A DNA stretch of 64,000 nt from Klebsiella phage HMGUkp2. The notes beneath the pieces were generated by a model. It made no database searches, was not told the origin of the DNA, and saw only the letters and a program-made list of their open reading frames with translations. Below, piece after piece: positions 7,230 through 18,044 of this stretch; within the stretch, counting starts at the first letter, position 1; the number at the start of each line of letters is the position of its first letter. The translations under genes were made by a program, and so were the position numbers. The DNA lies in the sequence record PV683292.1. One strand, 5' to 3'.

Positions 7230-8704
7230 TTTTAGATATCCTTAACGAACTTGCTGCTACAGATTCAACCAACGAAAAGAAAGCGATTATGAATCGCGAA
7301 AAGAATAATGAACTTCTGAAGCGTGTATTCAGAATGACATATTCTCGTCGTTTGAACTACGGTATCAAAAAATGGCCTCAGGCCGGTGAACCCACACAAG
7401 CTGCAGGCCTTTTAACTCTAGAAGATTGCTTAGATTTCGCAGAGTTTACTTTAGCTCCTAGAAAGGTAACAGGTAATGCGGCCATTGCTGAGTTAGCCTC
7501 GTATATCGCAGATGGTTCTCCGGAAATTATAGAAGTTTTACGCCGTGTTCTGATGCGGGATCTTGAATGTGGCACAGGTACAACGATTGCTAATAAAACC
7601 TGGAAAAACCTCATTCCTGAGTACCCACAGATGTTGGCTTCATCTTTTGACGAAGCCAAAATTAAAAAGCATATTAAGTTTCCAGCGTATGCCCAGCTAA
7701 AGGCTGATGGTGCACGGTGCTTTGCCGAAGTACGTGATGATGGGGTTTTGTTCTTTTCTCGCTCTGGTAACAATTATCTAGGTCTTGATAAATTGGCTGA
7801 ACAGCTAATGGAAATGACTAAAGAAGCCCGCGAGAAACACCCCGGCGGTGTAATGATTGATGGTGAGCTAGTTTATCATGCTCCAGCCAATTTCAAAGAG
7901 AAAGATTCTCTTGACTTCCTGTTCGGCGACGTTGTTGAAGAACAAGAAGAGACTGTTGCTGACCGCAGCACTTCAAATGGGTTAGCAAACAAATCTCTGA
8001 AGGGCACAATTACCACTGAAGAAGCCGAAGGTATGAAATTCCAGGTCTGGGATTACGTTCCTCTGGATGTAATTTATTCTGAAGGTAAACTCAAGAGCTT
8101 TAAGTACGATGTACGTTTCCGTGCATTAGAACTTATGGCTGAATCCTTCAGCCAGATTATTCTTATCGAAAATCATTTGGTTAATAGCCTTGAAGAAGCT
8201 CGGGCTGTTTACCAGAAATACCGTGACCAGGGCTTAGAAGGCATTATTCTTAAGAATATGGATGGTCTGTGGGAAGATGCTCGCTCTAAGAACCAGTTCA
8301 AGTTCAAAGCAGTAATAGATATTGCTTTACGAGTTACTGGGTACTATGCTCACTCTAAAGATCCGAATAAAATTGGCGGTGTTAACCTAGCTTCTGAGTG
8401 TGGACGTATTACTACTGACTGTGGTTCAGGTTTCACAGATACAACTCATAAGAAAATTGATGGTGAATGGATTCTGATTCCTATCGACCAACGCGGCGAA
8501 CTTGACCGTGAATCTCTGATGCAAGATGCTATTGCTGGTAAGTTAATTGACCGTATTGCCGATTGTGAATGTAATGGTTGGACGACTTCTAAAGGCCGTA
8601 AAGACGGAACTGTAGGCGTGTTTTTACCAATTATTAAAGGCTGGCGATTTGACAAAGAAAAAGCCGATACCTTTGAAGAGGTGTTTGGTGATTGGCCATT
8701 CTAA
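7226..8704 (+). CDS. 30: ATP-dependent DNA ligase gp30
   Basis: 492 aa; adenylation motif KADGARCF (KxDG); size and position (before alt) as in T4. Confidence 0.9.
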   Translation: MILDILNELAATDSTNEKKAIMNREKNNELLKRVFRMTYSRRLNYGIKKWPQAGEPTQAAGLLTLEDCLDFAEFTLAPRKVTGNAAIAELASYIADGSPEIIEVLRRVLMRDLECGTGTTIANKTWKNLIPEYPQMLASSFDEAKIKKHIKFPAYAQLKADGARCFAEVRDDGVLFFSRSGNNYLGLDKLAEQLMEMTKEAREKHPGGVMIDGELVYHAPANFKEKDSLDFLFGDVVEEQEETVADRSTSNGLANKSLKGTITTEEAEGMKFQVWDYVPLDVIYSEGKLKSFKYDVRFRALELMAESFSQIILIENHLVNSLEEARAVYQKYRDQGLEGIILKNMDGLWEDARSKNQFKFKAVIDIALRVTGYYAHSKDPNKIGGVNLASECGRITTDCGSGFTDTTHKKIDGEWILIPIDQRGELDRESLMQDAIAGKLIDRIADCECNGWTTSKGRKDGTVGVFLPIIKGWRFDKEKADTFEEVFGDWPF

Positions 8705-8708
8705 TTAA

Positions 8709-8729
8709 GGAGCCTTCGGGCTCCTTTTT
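8709..8729 (+). terminator. intrinsic terminator GGAGCCTTCGGGCTCC + T5
   Basis: UUCG-looped hairpin then TTTTTGG, immediately after the ligase stop. Confidence 0.65.
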
Positions 8730-8764
8730 GGCATAAATAGTAGTATCTTATAAGGGGAATAATT

Positions 8765-10909
8765 ATGTCTGAACAACTTAACGAAGTTTTCGACTCTGAT
8801 AGTGATAAGAACTATCCTGTCGTGAACTTGAATTTGAAATCTAAAGTACCGCAGATCTGGGCTATTAAAGTACCTGGAAATGAAAACTTAGTAGCTAGAA
8901 TGGTATCATACCAATCTGAAGGCGATGCTATTAAACAGGTTAAAATGGGTGACAAATATGCCCATTTAATTTTAATGTCTCTTAGTGCTAAAGGGGCCCC
9001 AGCCGAGCTTAAAGGTGGCTTGGGTAGTAATCCAATCGGGGCAATTAATACAATTTTTGATACGGTTTATGAGCAGGTAAAACAGTTAAGAATGGATGCC
9101 GTGATGTTCCGGTTCCCGACTAAAAAGATGAAAGGTCAAGGTCCTGTTCTGCAACGTCTTATTGCCCGTCTGTGTATGTCCCGCACTGGTGGTAAATTTA
9201 AAGTCCTGGATGCTCTCTATAACTTTACCGGTAAACATACATATATTCTTATCTACCGTAAAAATAAACCCTTAGAGGACATCTCTGGGATTCCTGGCAT
9301 CAATACTGAGCTATATACTAAAGTTGATTCTGCTGTAGGTGATGTATGGGTATCCAAGAAAGACGGTATTCAAGTCACTAAAGATGAAGCTATCGCCGGC
9401 TCTATTGCCGAGGTAGAGAAAACTCGTACAGATATCGCTGTTATTCGTCGTACTAAAATTTCTCGTCGGCAAGTTGCAGCTAGCCAGGCTCTTTCTACTG
9501 ATGTGGTTATGGACCCTTCTAAGTTTGAAGAATATGAAGCTTCTGCTATAGAATTCATTAAGCCTAGTACTGCCCAGGAAATTCCTGAAGCAGCCCAAAT
9601 ATTAGACTCTGTCAGTTCTAAAGCTTCTAGGGCCCAATCCGCCAAATTAGCGGCATCTGGTGCAGCTTTCCAATTAAGCTCTTTAATTACTATTAAACTA
9701 AGCGAAAGAGATCAGTTTGAAGAGTATTTCTCTAAAGAGCTTATTAAAAGAATAGGCAATGCCCCGTTAACTTCTGTTAAGAGCATGCAGGCTTATGCTC
9801 AGACTCTTTTAGATGCTTTAGCTGAACGTGAATACGAGGCTATGGAGCACATTATGACTCGTACTCCAGAATACCTGGAACAGTCTGAACGCGAAGCTAT
9901 GGCCAGAAATCTTTGGAACATTGAACGGACCAAACTAATCAAAGCAGCTCTCCAAGGGTATGCCAAAAATGTTTCTTCAGGAATTGAGTTAATTACAATG
10001 ACTCGCAGTCCTGCTCAGTATACTCCTGCAGAAAAGCGTGGAATTAGAGAATACGTAGGTTCTGGGTACACTGATATCAATAATATGCTTCTTGGAAGAT
10101 ATACAGAAGACAACTATGATACATTAAGCGCTAAAGAAGTTACAACGGCTATTAAAAATCTTGATGATGCATTTAAGAAAGGTGACCGTTTACCAGAAGG
10201 ACTTACTTTATGGCGCTCTCAGACTGTCCGTCAGCCTATTTTTGAATCTCTTGTTAAAAATAGGGTATTTTATTTCCGAAACTACGTTTCGACGTCTTTG
10301 ATGCCTATTATTTTTGGTGGTTGGAAAGGTAATCAATCTGTAGCAATGACTTCAGATAATACTAGGGCTGTTTTAAACACTCCCGGCAATAGTGCAGAAA
10401 CAGTTAAACCAGCCAGTTGGCTTAACGCCGAGGTAGATACTAATGGTGAAAGTGAGGTTGTCGATAACCGTAAGCAGGCCGAACTTAATAAAGTTATGAT
10501 CGGTTGGGCTATTGAAGGTGGCCATAAAACCAACGTCGTTTATCCAGGCGACTTAAGTAATATGTCCGGTGAAATGGAAGTTATCTTGCCGCGAGGGACT
10601 ATGCTTCAAATTAATAAGATTGTAGATGCATCTTATTCTGACGGCATAGTACATGATAACCAAAAATTCATTCAGGCCGAGGTTATGACTTCAGACCAAA
10701 TTGAAGAATCTATGGTTGTTTATGACGGCGATGTTCTGGTAGAATCTGGTGAACTGGTTCCGGTAGGCTCTGGTACTATCGTTACTGTTGACGGCGAAGA
10801 TACTGATATCAGTGCTTCTACGTTCTTGACTACTAAACGGGACATCCTTAGCATCTTGGCTTCGTTTATCGATATTGAAGATACTCCGGAAAAATTTGTA
10901 CAAGGCTAG
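8765..10909 (+). CDS. alt: Alt-like ADP-ribosyltransferase (capsid-packaged, RNAP-modifying in T4)
   Basis: 714 aa. Position directly downstream of gene 30, as T4 alt (682 aa). C-terminal region carries the ART signature YVGSGYTDINNMLLGR (compare C3/VIP2 Y-x-G-S-x-Y-x-x-IN-x-LR). Confidence 0.65.
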   Translation: MSEQLNEVFDSDSDKNYPVVNLNLKSKVPQIWAIKVPGNENLVARMVSYQSEGDAIKQVKMGDKYAHLILMSLSAKGAPAELKGGLGSNPIGAINTIFDTVYEQVKQLRMDAVMFRFPTKKMKGQGPVLQRLIARLCMSRTGGKFKVLDALYNFTGKHTYILIYRKNKPLEDISGIPGINTELYTKVDSAVGDVWVSKKDGIQVTKDEAIAGSIAEVEKTRTDIAVIRRTKISRRQVAASQALSTDVVMDPSKFEEYEASAIEFIKPSTAQEIPEAAQILDSVSSKASRAQSAKLAASGAAFQLSSLITIKLSERDQFEEYFSKELIKRIGNAPLTSVKSMQAYAQTLLDALAEREYEAMEHIMTRTPEYLEQSEREAMARNLWNIERTKLIKAALQGYAKNVSSGIELITMTRSPAQYTPAEKRGIREYVGSGYTDINNMLLGRYTEDNYDTLSAKEVTTAIKNLDDAFKKGDRLPEGLTLWRSQTVRQPIFESLVKNRVFYFRNYVSTSLMPIIFGGWKGNQSVAMTSDNTRAVLNTPGNSAETVKPASWLNAEVDTNGESEVVDNRKQAELNKVMIGWAIEGGHKTNVVYPGDLSNMSGEMEVILPRGTMLQINKIVDASYSDGIVHDNQKFIQAEVMTSDQIEESMVVYDGDVLVESGELVPVGSGTIVTVDGEDTDISASTFLTTKRDILSILASFIDIEDTPEKFVQG

Positions 10910-10938
10910 TTTACAACACCACATGGATGTGGTATAGT
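10910..10938 (+). promoter_or_regulatory. T4-type early promoter GTTTACA-N17-TATAGT
   Basis: -35 at 10910-10915, -10 at 10933-10938; third copy of the TGGTATAGT...ACAAACAAATGAGGA element. Confidence 0.6.
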
Positions 10939-10969
10939 CTGTATTACACAAACAAATGAGGAAATCAAA

Positions 10970-11257
10970 ATGCGTTCATTCATCCGTTTAAATGGTATCG
11001 AAGCTTCTATCGATGACGTTATCCCTGCTTCAGAGCAGTTCAATGAAGTTGTAGTAAAAGAGTTGCAGAAAGTCTATGGCGATAAATTCTTTGCTTTCGC
11101 CCCGATGCAAAACTTTACCAATCCGGACCAAACAGATACTATCTTTGCTGGTATTATATCTGGTCAGCTTGAATCTGAAGCTCCGGTTCAGATTCAGGTT
11201 GCTGATGAAACTGGCTTAATCGCCACTTCTACCGCGTTTTTTGGTTTCCGTAAATAA
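10970..11257 (+). CDS. hypothetical protein
   Basis: 95-aa ORF with RBS AATGAGGA. Confidence 0.45.
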   Translation: MRSFIRLNGIEASIDDVIPASEQFNEVVVKELQKVYGDKFFAFAPMQNFTNPDQTDTIFAGIISGQLESEAPVQIQVADETGLIATSTAFFGFRK

Positions 11258-11266
11258 ACCCCCTAA

Positions 11267-11290
11267 GGGAGCCGTGAGGCTCCCTTTTTT
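11267..11290. terminator. bidirectional intrinsic terminator GGGAGCCGTGAGGCTCCC + T6
   Basis: Lies between converging genes (10970+ and gp54-); an identical 18-mer is at 48666-48683. Confidence 0.7.
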
Positions 11291-12206
11291 AGGTTAAAAT
11301 CTTACTAAGTCCATTCCCAACACCTGCAACACGGCTTAATCTACTTGAAATACTACCTAAACCTTGGGCACTTAGATTTGGGTTAATAGTATCAATCTTC
11401 TGAACAGTCTTATCTTCTAACCAATCCAATGCCGCTTGTTTACCTACAGCACCGATCTGTGCAACTCTGTAAGCGAAGGTGACTTCGAACGTAGCTATCT
11501 GATTATTATCTTCATAGCTAAATTGAGGTGCACTGACGCCCACAGGGATGCATCCTGTGTACATACACACTGTATGCGGTAGTCCATTTCGGGCATGCAA
11601 GTTAACTTGGATATCCGCTTCAACATCAGAAGGCAGGGCTCTTAATCCTGTTACAGGATCTTCAACGGCGTTTACCCAATCTTGCATAGCACGGAAATTA
11701 CTGGCCTCTGAATCCATACGGAATGTTATAACTAACGGAGCATATTCCCGACCAGTGATTTTGATGTTAGGACTGTTATGGAAGGTGTCCATTTCATGGG
11801 CTAATCTATTTTCAGGAATCTGAACAGAATGGATCAATAATCCTGTAGTAGGGAAAGCCATATTAAAGAAGTCAAGCAGATAGGTCCCTACGGTGAATTC
11901 CCCTAATAACGATTGGATGGTGCGTTGAGTCATGGCTCCTATCAAAAATTTACTCACGCCTGATTTTCTAACCAAGCGCTGCGTCCCGGCAGTAATAAGA
12001 GATGTAACACCTCTCGTAAATTCACCTTGGGTTAATCCGAGCCAGTTATCATTAAGACCCACGTTATTATAAAGTTCCCCACCAAATTCATTTAGTAGAG
12101 TCTGAGTTTTACTCGATGGCGCCGTAGCAAAAATAACAGAGAACATGTTAGTTCTCTGAAAATCACTATTAGCAGCCTGTGTCACGAATTCATCTAAAGT
12201 ATACAT
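11289..12206 (-). CDS. 54: baseplate tail-tube initiator/cap gp54
   Basis: 305 aa; N-terminus MYTLDEFVTQAANSDFQRTNMFSVIFATAPS matches T4 gp54; followed by 48 and 29 as in T4. Confidence 0.85.
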   Translation of the reverse strand: MYTLDEFVTQAANSDFQRTNMFSVIFATAPSSKTQTLLNEFGGELYNNVGLNDNWLGLTQGEFTRGVTSLITAGTQRLVRKSGVSKFLIGAMTQRTIQSLLGEFTVGTYLLDFFNMAFPTTGLLIHSVQIPENRLAHEMDTFHNSPNIKITGREYAPLVITFRMDSEASNFRAMQDWVNAVEDPVTGLRALPSDVEADIQVNLHARNGLPHTVCMYTGCIPVGVSAPQFSYEDNNQIATFEVTFAYRVAQIGAVGKQAALDWLEDKTVQKIDTINPNLSAQGLGSISSRLSRVAGVGNGLSKILT

Positions 12207-13261
12207 TACGATTGGAATCCTTTAGAATATAGAGAACTACGGTTCAAAGTCAAGATTTCTCTCATGGTTAATTCAAGGGTAAAAGTGCTAGGCAAGTTAG
12301 GAGCAATAGCCAGACCATTGAAGTGACCATTAGGAGTTTTATCGAACCTAAGACTTTGAATTTGGCAGGGCCCGAATATATCTTCTCTCCCGTCATAAGA
12401 ACTAGTGTATCCGAAGTTACGAACCGTCCAAATAGTTGGGTTGCTTACAACAATTACATTAGTAAGGAAAGAAGTAATAGACTCAAACATAGTCCCGCTT
12501 TTAGAGGACCCTTCCGGAGTGGCGTACTCTAAAGTGCTTTTATACCATTCATCTATTTGTTCTTTAACTTCTTTAGCAAAGTCTGATGTTCCTGTGGCAC
12601 CATAAGAATAATAGTTAAAGATCTCATAGATTTTAACAATTTGAATAAGGTCTTGGGGAGTTCTTGGCGTAAGATCCCAAGTAAAAACCTTAGTTCTATT
12701 TTCTGCACCGGCATACATACTGCGGGCAGTATTATAGATCTGTTCCCCTTTATCTGCCATCACTCCATGGGTTAGAGATTCCAACCCGCCGAATACAGCG
12801 GTAGAAGCCACATTACTTAAAACACCGGTAGCAGAGCCGCCGCCTCGTGTGATCAGGGATTCGCCTACATCATTAAATTTGTGAGACACAGAATCTACAT
12901 CAGATTTAGACTTAGGCAACAGGATGTTAGCTACAGGGGCTTTAGAAAGTCTCTGGGAGCCTGTGTTAGTTTTTTCTGGGGCATCAAAAACAGATGATTT
13001 ACTAACGGCACTTCGGAAATCTCGTAGGTCCGGAGAAACACGAGATTTAAAATCGTATGCAGTAAACAAAAGCCCGTTCTGATACAAATCATGAACTCTC
13101 ATGTCTTGACTTGAATCGTTCCCGGCAGAACGTTCTGCCGGGTATTGAGCTGTCACGGTGCTGGCAGCATTTTTTAAAGTGTGCTTAGATGTACCTTGAG
13201 AAATCTTAGAACCGGATTTCTTAATATTCTCTAGCCCATCTTTTAATTCTTCGAAAAACAT
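12206..13261 (-). CDS. 48: baseplate tail-tube cap gp48
   Basis: 351 aa (T4 about 364); synteny 54-48-29. Confidence 0.8.
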   Translation of the reverse strand: MFFEELKDGLENIKKSGSKISQGTSKHTLKNAASTVTAQYPAERSAGNDSSQDMRVHDLYQNGLLFTAYDFKSRVSPDLRDFRSAVSKSSVFDAPEKTNTGSQRLSKAPVANILLPKSKSDVDSVSHKFNDVGESLITRGGGSATGVLSNVASTAVFGGLESLTHGVMADKGEQIYNTARSMYAGAENRTKVFTWDLTPRTPQDLIQIVKIYEIFNYYSYGATGTSDFAKEVKEQIDEWYKSTLEYATPEGSSKSGTMFESITSFLTNVIVVSNPTIWTVRNFGYTSSYDGREDIFGPCQIQSLRFDKTPNGHFNGLAIAPNLPSTFTLELTMREILTLNRSSLYSKGFQS

Positions 13262-13270
13262 AAAGAATCC

Positions 13271-14971
13271 TTAATTAGACTTTGTAAATCCGACCATACC
13301 TGGAGCTGGAGAACTAGTAACCGGCTGCATAGGCATAACAGTAGTGTTATTTTTGTTAATGGCTGTGTTAACATTCACAGAAGCTTGAGAAGCTAGTTTA
13401 TCACCAACTTTATGTTGGGCTTCGATTTTCTCAATAACCTTAACTTGCTGGGATTCTTGCTTGTCTTCTGCCGGTTCTGGACTAACAGCCGGGAATCGTT
13501 TTTTGTTCCACTCATCCTGCATAAAGCGATACTGAGGCTCTAGTTCTTTAGCTAGACTAGGATTATTCTTCTTGAACTCTTCAAAGTTCTTAGAAGCTTT
13601 AGCAACAGCGTTAGCGGCAGACTCCATACGCTCGGTATTTTCAGGTCGAGTGTTCTGGGCATATTCAGAAGTTCTTTTTAATTCAGCCTGCATTTTGCCT
13701 TGGGCTTTATACATTTCTAAGCGCTGTTCACGGGTTTTACCTTCAAAGGCCGGGTCTTTAGTATCAGAATCAGCTAATTTCATACGTTTTTCGTATTCAG
13801 CATCATCAATCTTACCAAGTAAATATCTATCGCCCCAAGCAGTAATTTTACGTTCCAACGGAGAATCCTGCTCTTCTTTCAAGCGCTGATTATCTTTATA
13901 TTTAGCTACGTAATCTTGGTCTTCTTCAGAAAGTTCGGCCCCGGTACGATACTGGAAACGATCTGCAGCTGCACCGCGAATATTATCAGCGGCATCGCCC
14001 ATACCAGGAACTTTACTAAGAACAGCAGCAACCAATTTAGAAAGACCAAACATAATTGTTTCGCCTAAAGTATCTAAAACGCCGACAAGACCTTTAACAA
14101 TAGCTTCAGCTAATCCTAACCAAGAACCTTCATTAAAAGTATCTTGAATGCTTTGAGCCATTTCACTTATAGCTGTTAACACAGGTGCCCAAGTCCCGGC
14201 CAGTTTAGTGAACTCTTCAAAGTTTGATTTGAACAACTCAGTCCAGTATTTGAAATGGATTTTGATAATATCAATAGCCATAATCAAAGCTAAAACCATA
14301 GCGGCTGTTTTGGCCATATTAGCAACAGCTGTCACAGTATAGCTAAAAAGCATACTGGAAATTCTGTCAGTTAACGAAATTGATTTCTTAAACCCGGATT
14401 TAGTGGTATCTAAAAGGGCTTTAAGAAGGTCTGTATCACCCTTCTTGTTCTTTTCCTCATCTTCCTTTTTTGGAATTACTTTAGGTTCTTCCTGTGGTAA
14501 TACATCAGAATCTGGGCGTCTGTTTTCATGCGGTGGAATAAGGTCTTGAAGAAGATCGTCTAACGATGGAATCTCCGGAACCGGCTCAGGAATAGAATCC
14601 TGTACAACCTCGACAGACGGAACATTTGCTGTCTGCGGAGTTGCTTGTTCGACTTTTACTCCTAGTTTTTCAGCCAATTTATTGATTCTGTCACTTATTA
14701 AAGAGGCTGTGGTATTAAGAGCACTTAATTCATCTAACTGAAGTTCGATGCCAGCATTAGTATCGGATAAAGAATTTCCTACATTAGCAAGACCATTCTC
14801 TGTAGCTTCGGCACCCATTTCAGCAGCAGCTTGGATCCCTTCAAGGGTTCCATTAATAGTGCCTAGCGAATTGTTTTGTTCTTCTTGTAGTGCTTCGTTA
14901 CGTTTTTGTGGGGCTGCGTCGGCGATTACCCGACGCAGAGATTGTGTTTTACTGTTTACTTTTCTAGCCAT
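13271..14971 (-). CDS. 29: baseplate hub / tail-length tape-measure protein gp29
   Basis: 566 aa (T4 590); coiled-coil-rich; synteny. Confidence 0.8.
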   Translation of the reverse strand: MARKVNSKTQSLRRVIADAAPQKRNEALQEEQNNSLGTINGTLEGIQAAAEMGAEATENGLANVGNSLSDTNAGIELQLDELSALNTTASLISDRINKLAEKLGVKVEQATPQTANVPSVEVVQDSIPEPVPEIPSLDDLLQDLIPPHENRRPDSDVLPQEEPKVIPKKEDEEKNKKGDTDLLKALLDTTKSGFKKSISLTDRISSMLFSYTVTAVANMAKTAAMVLALIMAIDIIKIHFKYWTELFKSNFEEFTKLAGTWAPVLTAISEMAQSIQDTFNEGSWLGLAEAIVKGLVGVLDTLGETIMFGLSKLVAAVLSKVPGMGDAADNIRGAAADRFQYRTGAELSEEDQDYVAKYKDNQRLKEEQDSPLERKITAWGDRYLLGKIDDAEYEKRMKLADSDTKDPAFEGKTREQRLEMYKAQGKMQAELKRTSEYAQNTRPENTERMESAANAVAKASKNFEEFKKNNPSLAKELEPQYRFMQDEWNKKRFPAVSPEPAEDKQESQQVKVIEKIEAQHKVGDKLASQASVNVNTAINKNNTTVMPMQPVTSSPAPGMVGFTKSN

Positions 14972-15498
14972 TATTCAAAGAGCCTTATTATATTGCCAAT
15001 TCCTTTTATAGGGCCATTAGGGCCAGGAATAGCTACAGTGTTAACGATACCGTCAACCCATTTAATTACGAATGCTGGAAGCTTCATAAAATCAGGCTTC
15101 TCTGTTCTGCCGTCTACAGAAGAAAAATACTTGTCAAGAATTGCGTCGGCCGAGCCGAATTTACTAAACCTTTCGGGGGCATTAAATTTATATTCTTGAC
15201 CGTTTAAACGGTGTGTTAATATACGGCATCCGTACACATCTGATAAGCGATAAGTGAATCCGTCCTTTTCAACTTCTTCTTTAATCTTACCGTTAAAGGC
15301 CAAAAGTTGTAATAGAACAATATCGCTTTGTACAGCATCTAGACCTGGTTTAATAGAATCTAAAAGAATTGCCAGATTTTCGTCCGGCATTTTTACTTCT
15401 TTCATTAAGTTGTGGTGCTTAAGTCCAAGCTTAGGTAATGAAATTTCAATACCATCAATTGTAATTTTCTTAATAGGCAGAATCACGTTTAAGTTCAT
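14971..15498 (-). CDS. 28: baseplate hub distal subunit gp28
   Basis: 175 aa (T4 177); synteny. Confidence 0.75.
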   Translation of the reverse strand: MNLNVILPIKKITIDGIEISLPKLGLKHHNLMKEVKMPDENLAILLDSIKPGLDAVQSDIVLLQLLAFNGKIKEEVEKDGFTYRLSDVYGCRILTHRLNGQEYKFNAPERFSKFGSADAILDKYFSSVDGRTEKPDFMKLPAFVIKWVDGIVNTVAIPGPNGPIKGIGNIIRLFE

Positions 15499-16612
15499 TT
15501 TTTACCTTCGCTATTTGAACTGGTTCAATAGTAGAACCGTTAGTAAACATATAGATGTTGGTGATTGAATGGTTATTACTGATTTCATGGATAACTTCAT
15601 CAACATAAAAATCAGTACGGAACTGTTCTTTAGGATCGTAGAAGTTTAACTTCATTCCAGGAGTCACTTCAAAGTTACCGTATATTTTAGCAGACGCGTA
15701 GCCATCGTACTGAGACATAGTAACGATGCGGTTAGCTTCTTCGTAACCATTACGATAAATCATTTCTGAATAACCGCCGCTTCTATTAATATAGATACTA
15801 TTAGAACCTTCACCTACAGTTATTTTTGTGATTTCTTTATCTGTAAAACTTTGGGCATAGAATGTAGCGTCTTTGAACGGGTTTCTAGTATAAGCGTTAG
15901 CTTTTACGAGCCATTCAAAATCCCAAGCTAAAGATACCGGCAACTGGTCTGCGAATTGCCCGATAGTCTGAGGCGCGCCGACAACAAAAGATGCCGCGTT
16001 CTGGGCAATCATCGCATTATAGTCCATCATGTTTATACCGGTTATGTCTTCCCAAGCAAAAACAAACTGGTCACTTTCTACAGATAGACCTACATCTCGG
16101 ATATATTGCATGAAGTCCTTTATATTAGAAGTCCAAGGAATCCTAGGAACATATGTGTTTATTCCGTTTATAGGCGGAGCCAGCTTAGGATATTTTTGGT
16201 AAATCACGCCTATCATTTCAACCAGGGTTTCATAAGCTGAACTGAAGAAGCAACGGCTGAACTTCAAATTCATTATATCATGGAGCGTACTAAGCTGGAT
16301 AGCTATAATATTATCGCCCTTATCATCGACTCGAACTGTGAAATGTTTTATTCCATAGATTCGTGTTTGTGTTCTCGATGTATTGCTATTAGAAACAGAG
16401 ATCTGAATAATTTGGTCTCCGTTCATCTTGTTGTGAATATTTTTAGAATCATAGAACTGAAGCATACCTTCATTAATACCAGACAAACTATCTCTCATGG
16501 TCAAGGTGGTAAATGTGGCGCCGAGTTCAACGAAGCTATTATCAAGCCACTTATCATAGTTTTGATAAAGCTTAATACTAACATTTGGAAATCCGGGGCG
16601 TTGTGAAATCAT
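15470..16612 (-). CDS. 27: baseplate hub subunit gp27
   Basis: 380 aa (T4 391); synteny between 28 and 51. Confidence 0.8.
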   Translation of the reverse strand: MISQRPGFPNVSIKLYQNYDKWLDNSFVELGATFTTLTMRDSLSGINEGMLQFYDSKNIHNKMNGDQIIQISVSNSNTSRTQTRIYGIKHFTVRVDDKGDNIIAIQLSTLHDIMNLKFSRCFFSSAYETLVEMIGVIYQKYPKLAPPINGINTYVPRIPWTSNIKDFMQYIRDVGLSVESDQFVFAWEDITGINMMDYNAMIAQNAASFVVGAPQTIGQFADQLPVSLAWDFEWLVKANAYTRNPFKDATFYAQSFTDKEITKITVGEGSNSIYINRSGGYSEMIYRNGYEEANRIVTMSQYDGYASAKIYGNFEVTPGMKLNFYDPKEQFRTDFYVDEVIHEISNNHSITNIYMFTNGSTIEPVQIAKVKNELKRDSAY

Positions 16613-17364
16613 TTTTGTGCTAGGTCCTTTTCAATCAGAGATAACGTGATGCTTCGCTCGATAGGAATCATATTCATAACAGAAGAAAGGTCGTAGCCTT
16701 GTTTAACTATCAAGTGATTGATTTTATAAAATGTAAATACTTCGTCTGGGTTCAGAAGAAGCTTAAAGATATCCATAAAATTAGTGTAATGGATCTCATG
16801 AGAATCGCAGCACGAGTATTTTAGTACAAAGTCAAATATGTTCAATTTTTTGATTATAAGTTCTAAGGTTTCTATATCAATAGCTTCAACAACTTGAACT
16901 TTGTTTTCTGTAGACAGCTCAGACCACTGATAGACCCCATTAGAATCTTCTACTGTCAAAATGTTTTCTGTTACTAGCCCAGCTATGTTTTCTTTATAGT
17001 TTTTAGATGGGTGCTTAAATTTAAGTCGAAGCCCGGACACTTCGACTACAGGAAGCTCAACTGCTTCTTGGTGGAAATTAATCAGCACCATTTTAGCTTT
17101 TCCACATTTAGGGCATTCAACCTTAACCGGGATTTTAGTCTTACCTATGCTAGATAAATAGACTTTTAAGAACACAAATGCCCTGTATTCTTTAGGGATA
17201 TCACTGAAGTAGTCGTTTTGGAGTTCTTCAATAAGTTTTTCTTGATCTTCTGGAGACTTAGTGTTCATGTCGTTCCGTACCAGAAGAAAATCTCTATAAT
17301 CAGAGACTGTGAACGGAGAGAATCGATGAACACCGTCTGGTAATTCACATCTTACGATATTAGC
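16609..17364 (-). CDS. 51: baseplate hub assembly catalyst gp51
   Basis: ORF 16609-17424 trimmed to [12 protein letters not shown] (ATG at 17364), which has RBS AAGAGGA and a late promoter just upstream; gives 252 aa (T4 249). Confidence 0.75.
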   Translation of the reverse strand, partial: ANIVRCELPDGVHRFSPFTVSDYRDFLLVRNDMNTKSPEDQEKLIEELQNDYFSDIPKEYRAFVFLKVYLSSIGKTKIPVKVECPKCGKAKMVLINFHQEAVELPVVEVSGLRLKFKHPSKNYKENIAGLVTENILTVEDSNGVYQWSELSTENKVQVVEAIDIETLELIIKKLNIFDFVLKYSCCDSHEIHYTNFMDIFKLLLNPDEVFTFYKINHLIVKQGYDLSSVMNMIPIERSITLSLIEKDLAQK

Positions 17365-17389
17365 CATAAGGAGTCCTCTTATTTTATTG

Positions 17390-17401
17390 TATTTATAAAT
17401 A
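17390..17401. promoter_or_regulatory. palindromic divergent late promoters TATTTATAAATA (TATAAATA on both strands)
   Basis: + strand TATAAATA 17394-17401 drives gp26; - strand TATAAATA (complement of 17390-17397) drives gp51. T4 has divergent late promoters at the 51/26 junction. Confidence 0.7.
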
Positions 17402-17417
17402 CGTCTAGAGGTAATAT

Positions 17418-18044
17418 ATGACAACTTATAATTTTGACCTAACTATAAATGGCAAAAATATTTCTTGCCGAGCGTTTACACTAGAAGAATATTTGAATCT
17501 TATAAAAGCTAAAGCTGATAAGGTTCTTGATAAAACGATTAAGCAGCTGATTAAAGATTGTACTAATGCTAAAGGCTTAAATAAACATGAATCTGAACTT
17601 CTTCTAGTTAATCTGTGGGCCCATTCATTAGGTGAAGTTAATCATACAGCCACCTGGGTGTGCGAGTGTGGCAACGAAATCGACGTGCCAATTAATACTA
17701 ACCGTATTCAAATCGTGGGCTCTAGCGATCTCTTATATTCCCTAGGCGAACTTCGTATCCAGTTCAAATACCCTGAATTATTTGATGATAATGATATCGC
17801 TTTAATGATAGCTAAGTCTATCGATTACATTATTGTTAACGGTGAGCAGATCTTTGTTGATGATTTATCTGACCAAGAGATAGATGACCTTTATTCTGCT
17901 ATAACTACCGAAGATGTGCTGAAAATAAAAGATATGCTACTGAAGCCACAGATACAGCTGGCAGTTCCTATTTCTTGCAAGTGTGGGAAGAATCATGTAC
18001 ACCAAATTACCGGACTCAAAGAGTTCTTTAAGGTTATCCAATGA
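17418..18044 (+). CDS. 26: baseplate hub subunit gp26
   Basis: 208 aa (T4 208); synteny. Confidence 0.75.
   Translation: MTTYNFDLTINGKNISCRAFTLEEYLNLIKAKADKVLDKTIKQLIKDCTNAKGLNKHESELLLVNLWAHSLGEVNHTATWVCECGNEIDVPINTNRIQIVGSSDLLYSLGELRIQFKYPELFDDNDIALMIAKSIDYIIVNGEQIFVDDLSDQEIDDLYSAITTEDVLKIKDMLLKPQIQLAVPISCKCGKNHVHQITGLKEFFKVIQ

Noticed and set aside
12323-12605. Small + strand ORFs inside gene 48 (similar ORFs inside 29, 27, 20, 18, 17, 7, 6, 5)
   Set aside because: All antisense to long, well-supported structural genes; no RBS or promoter signals.
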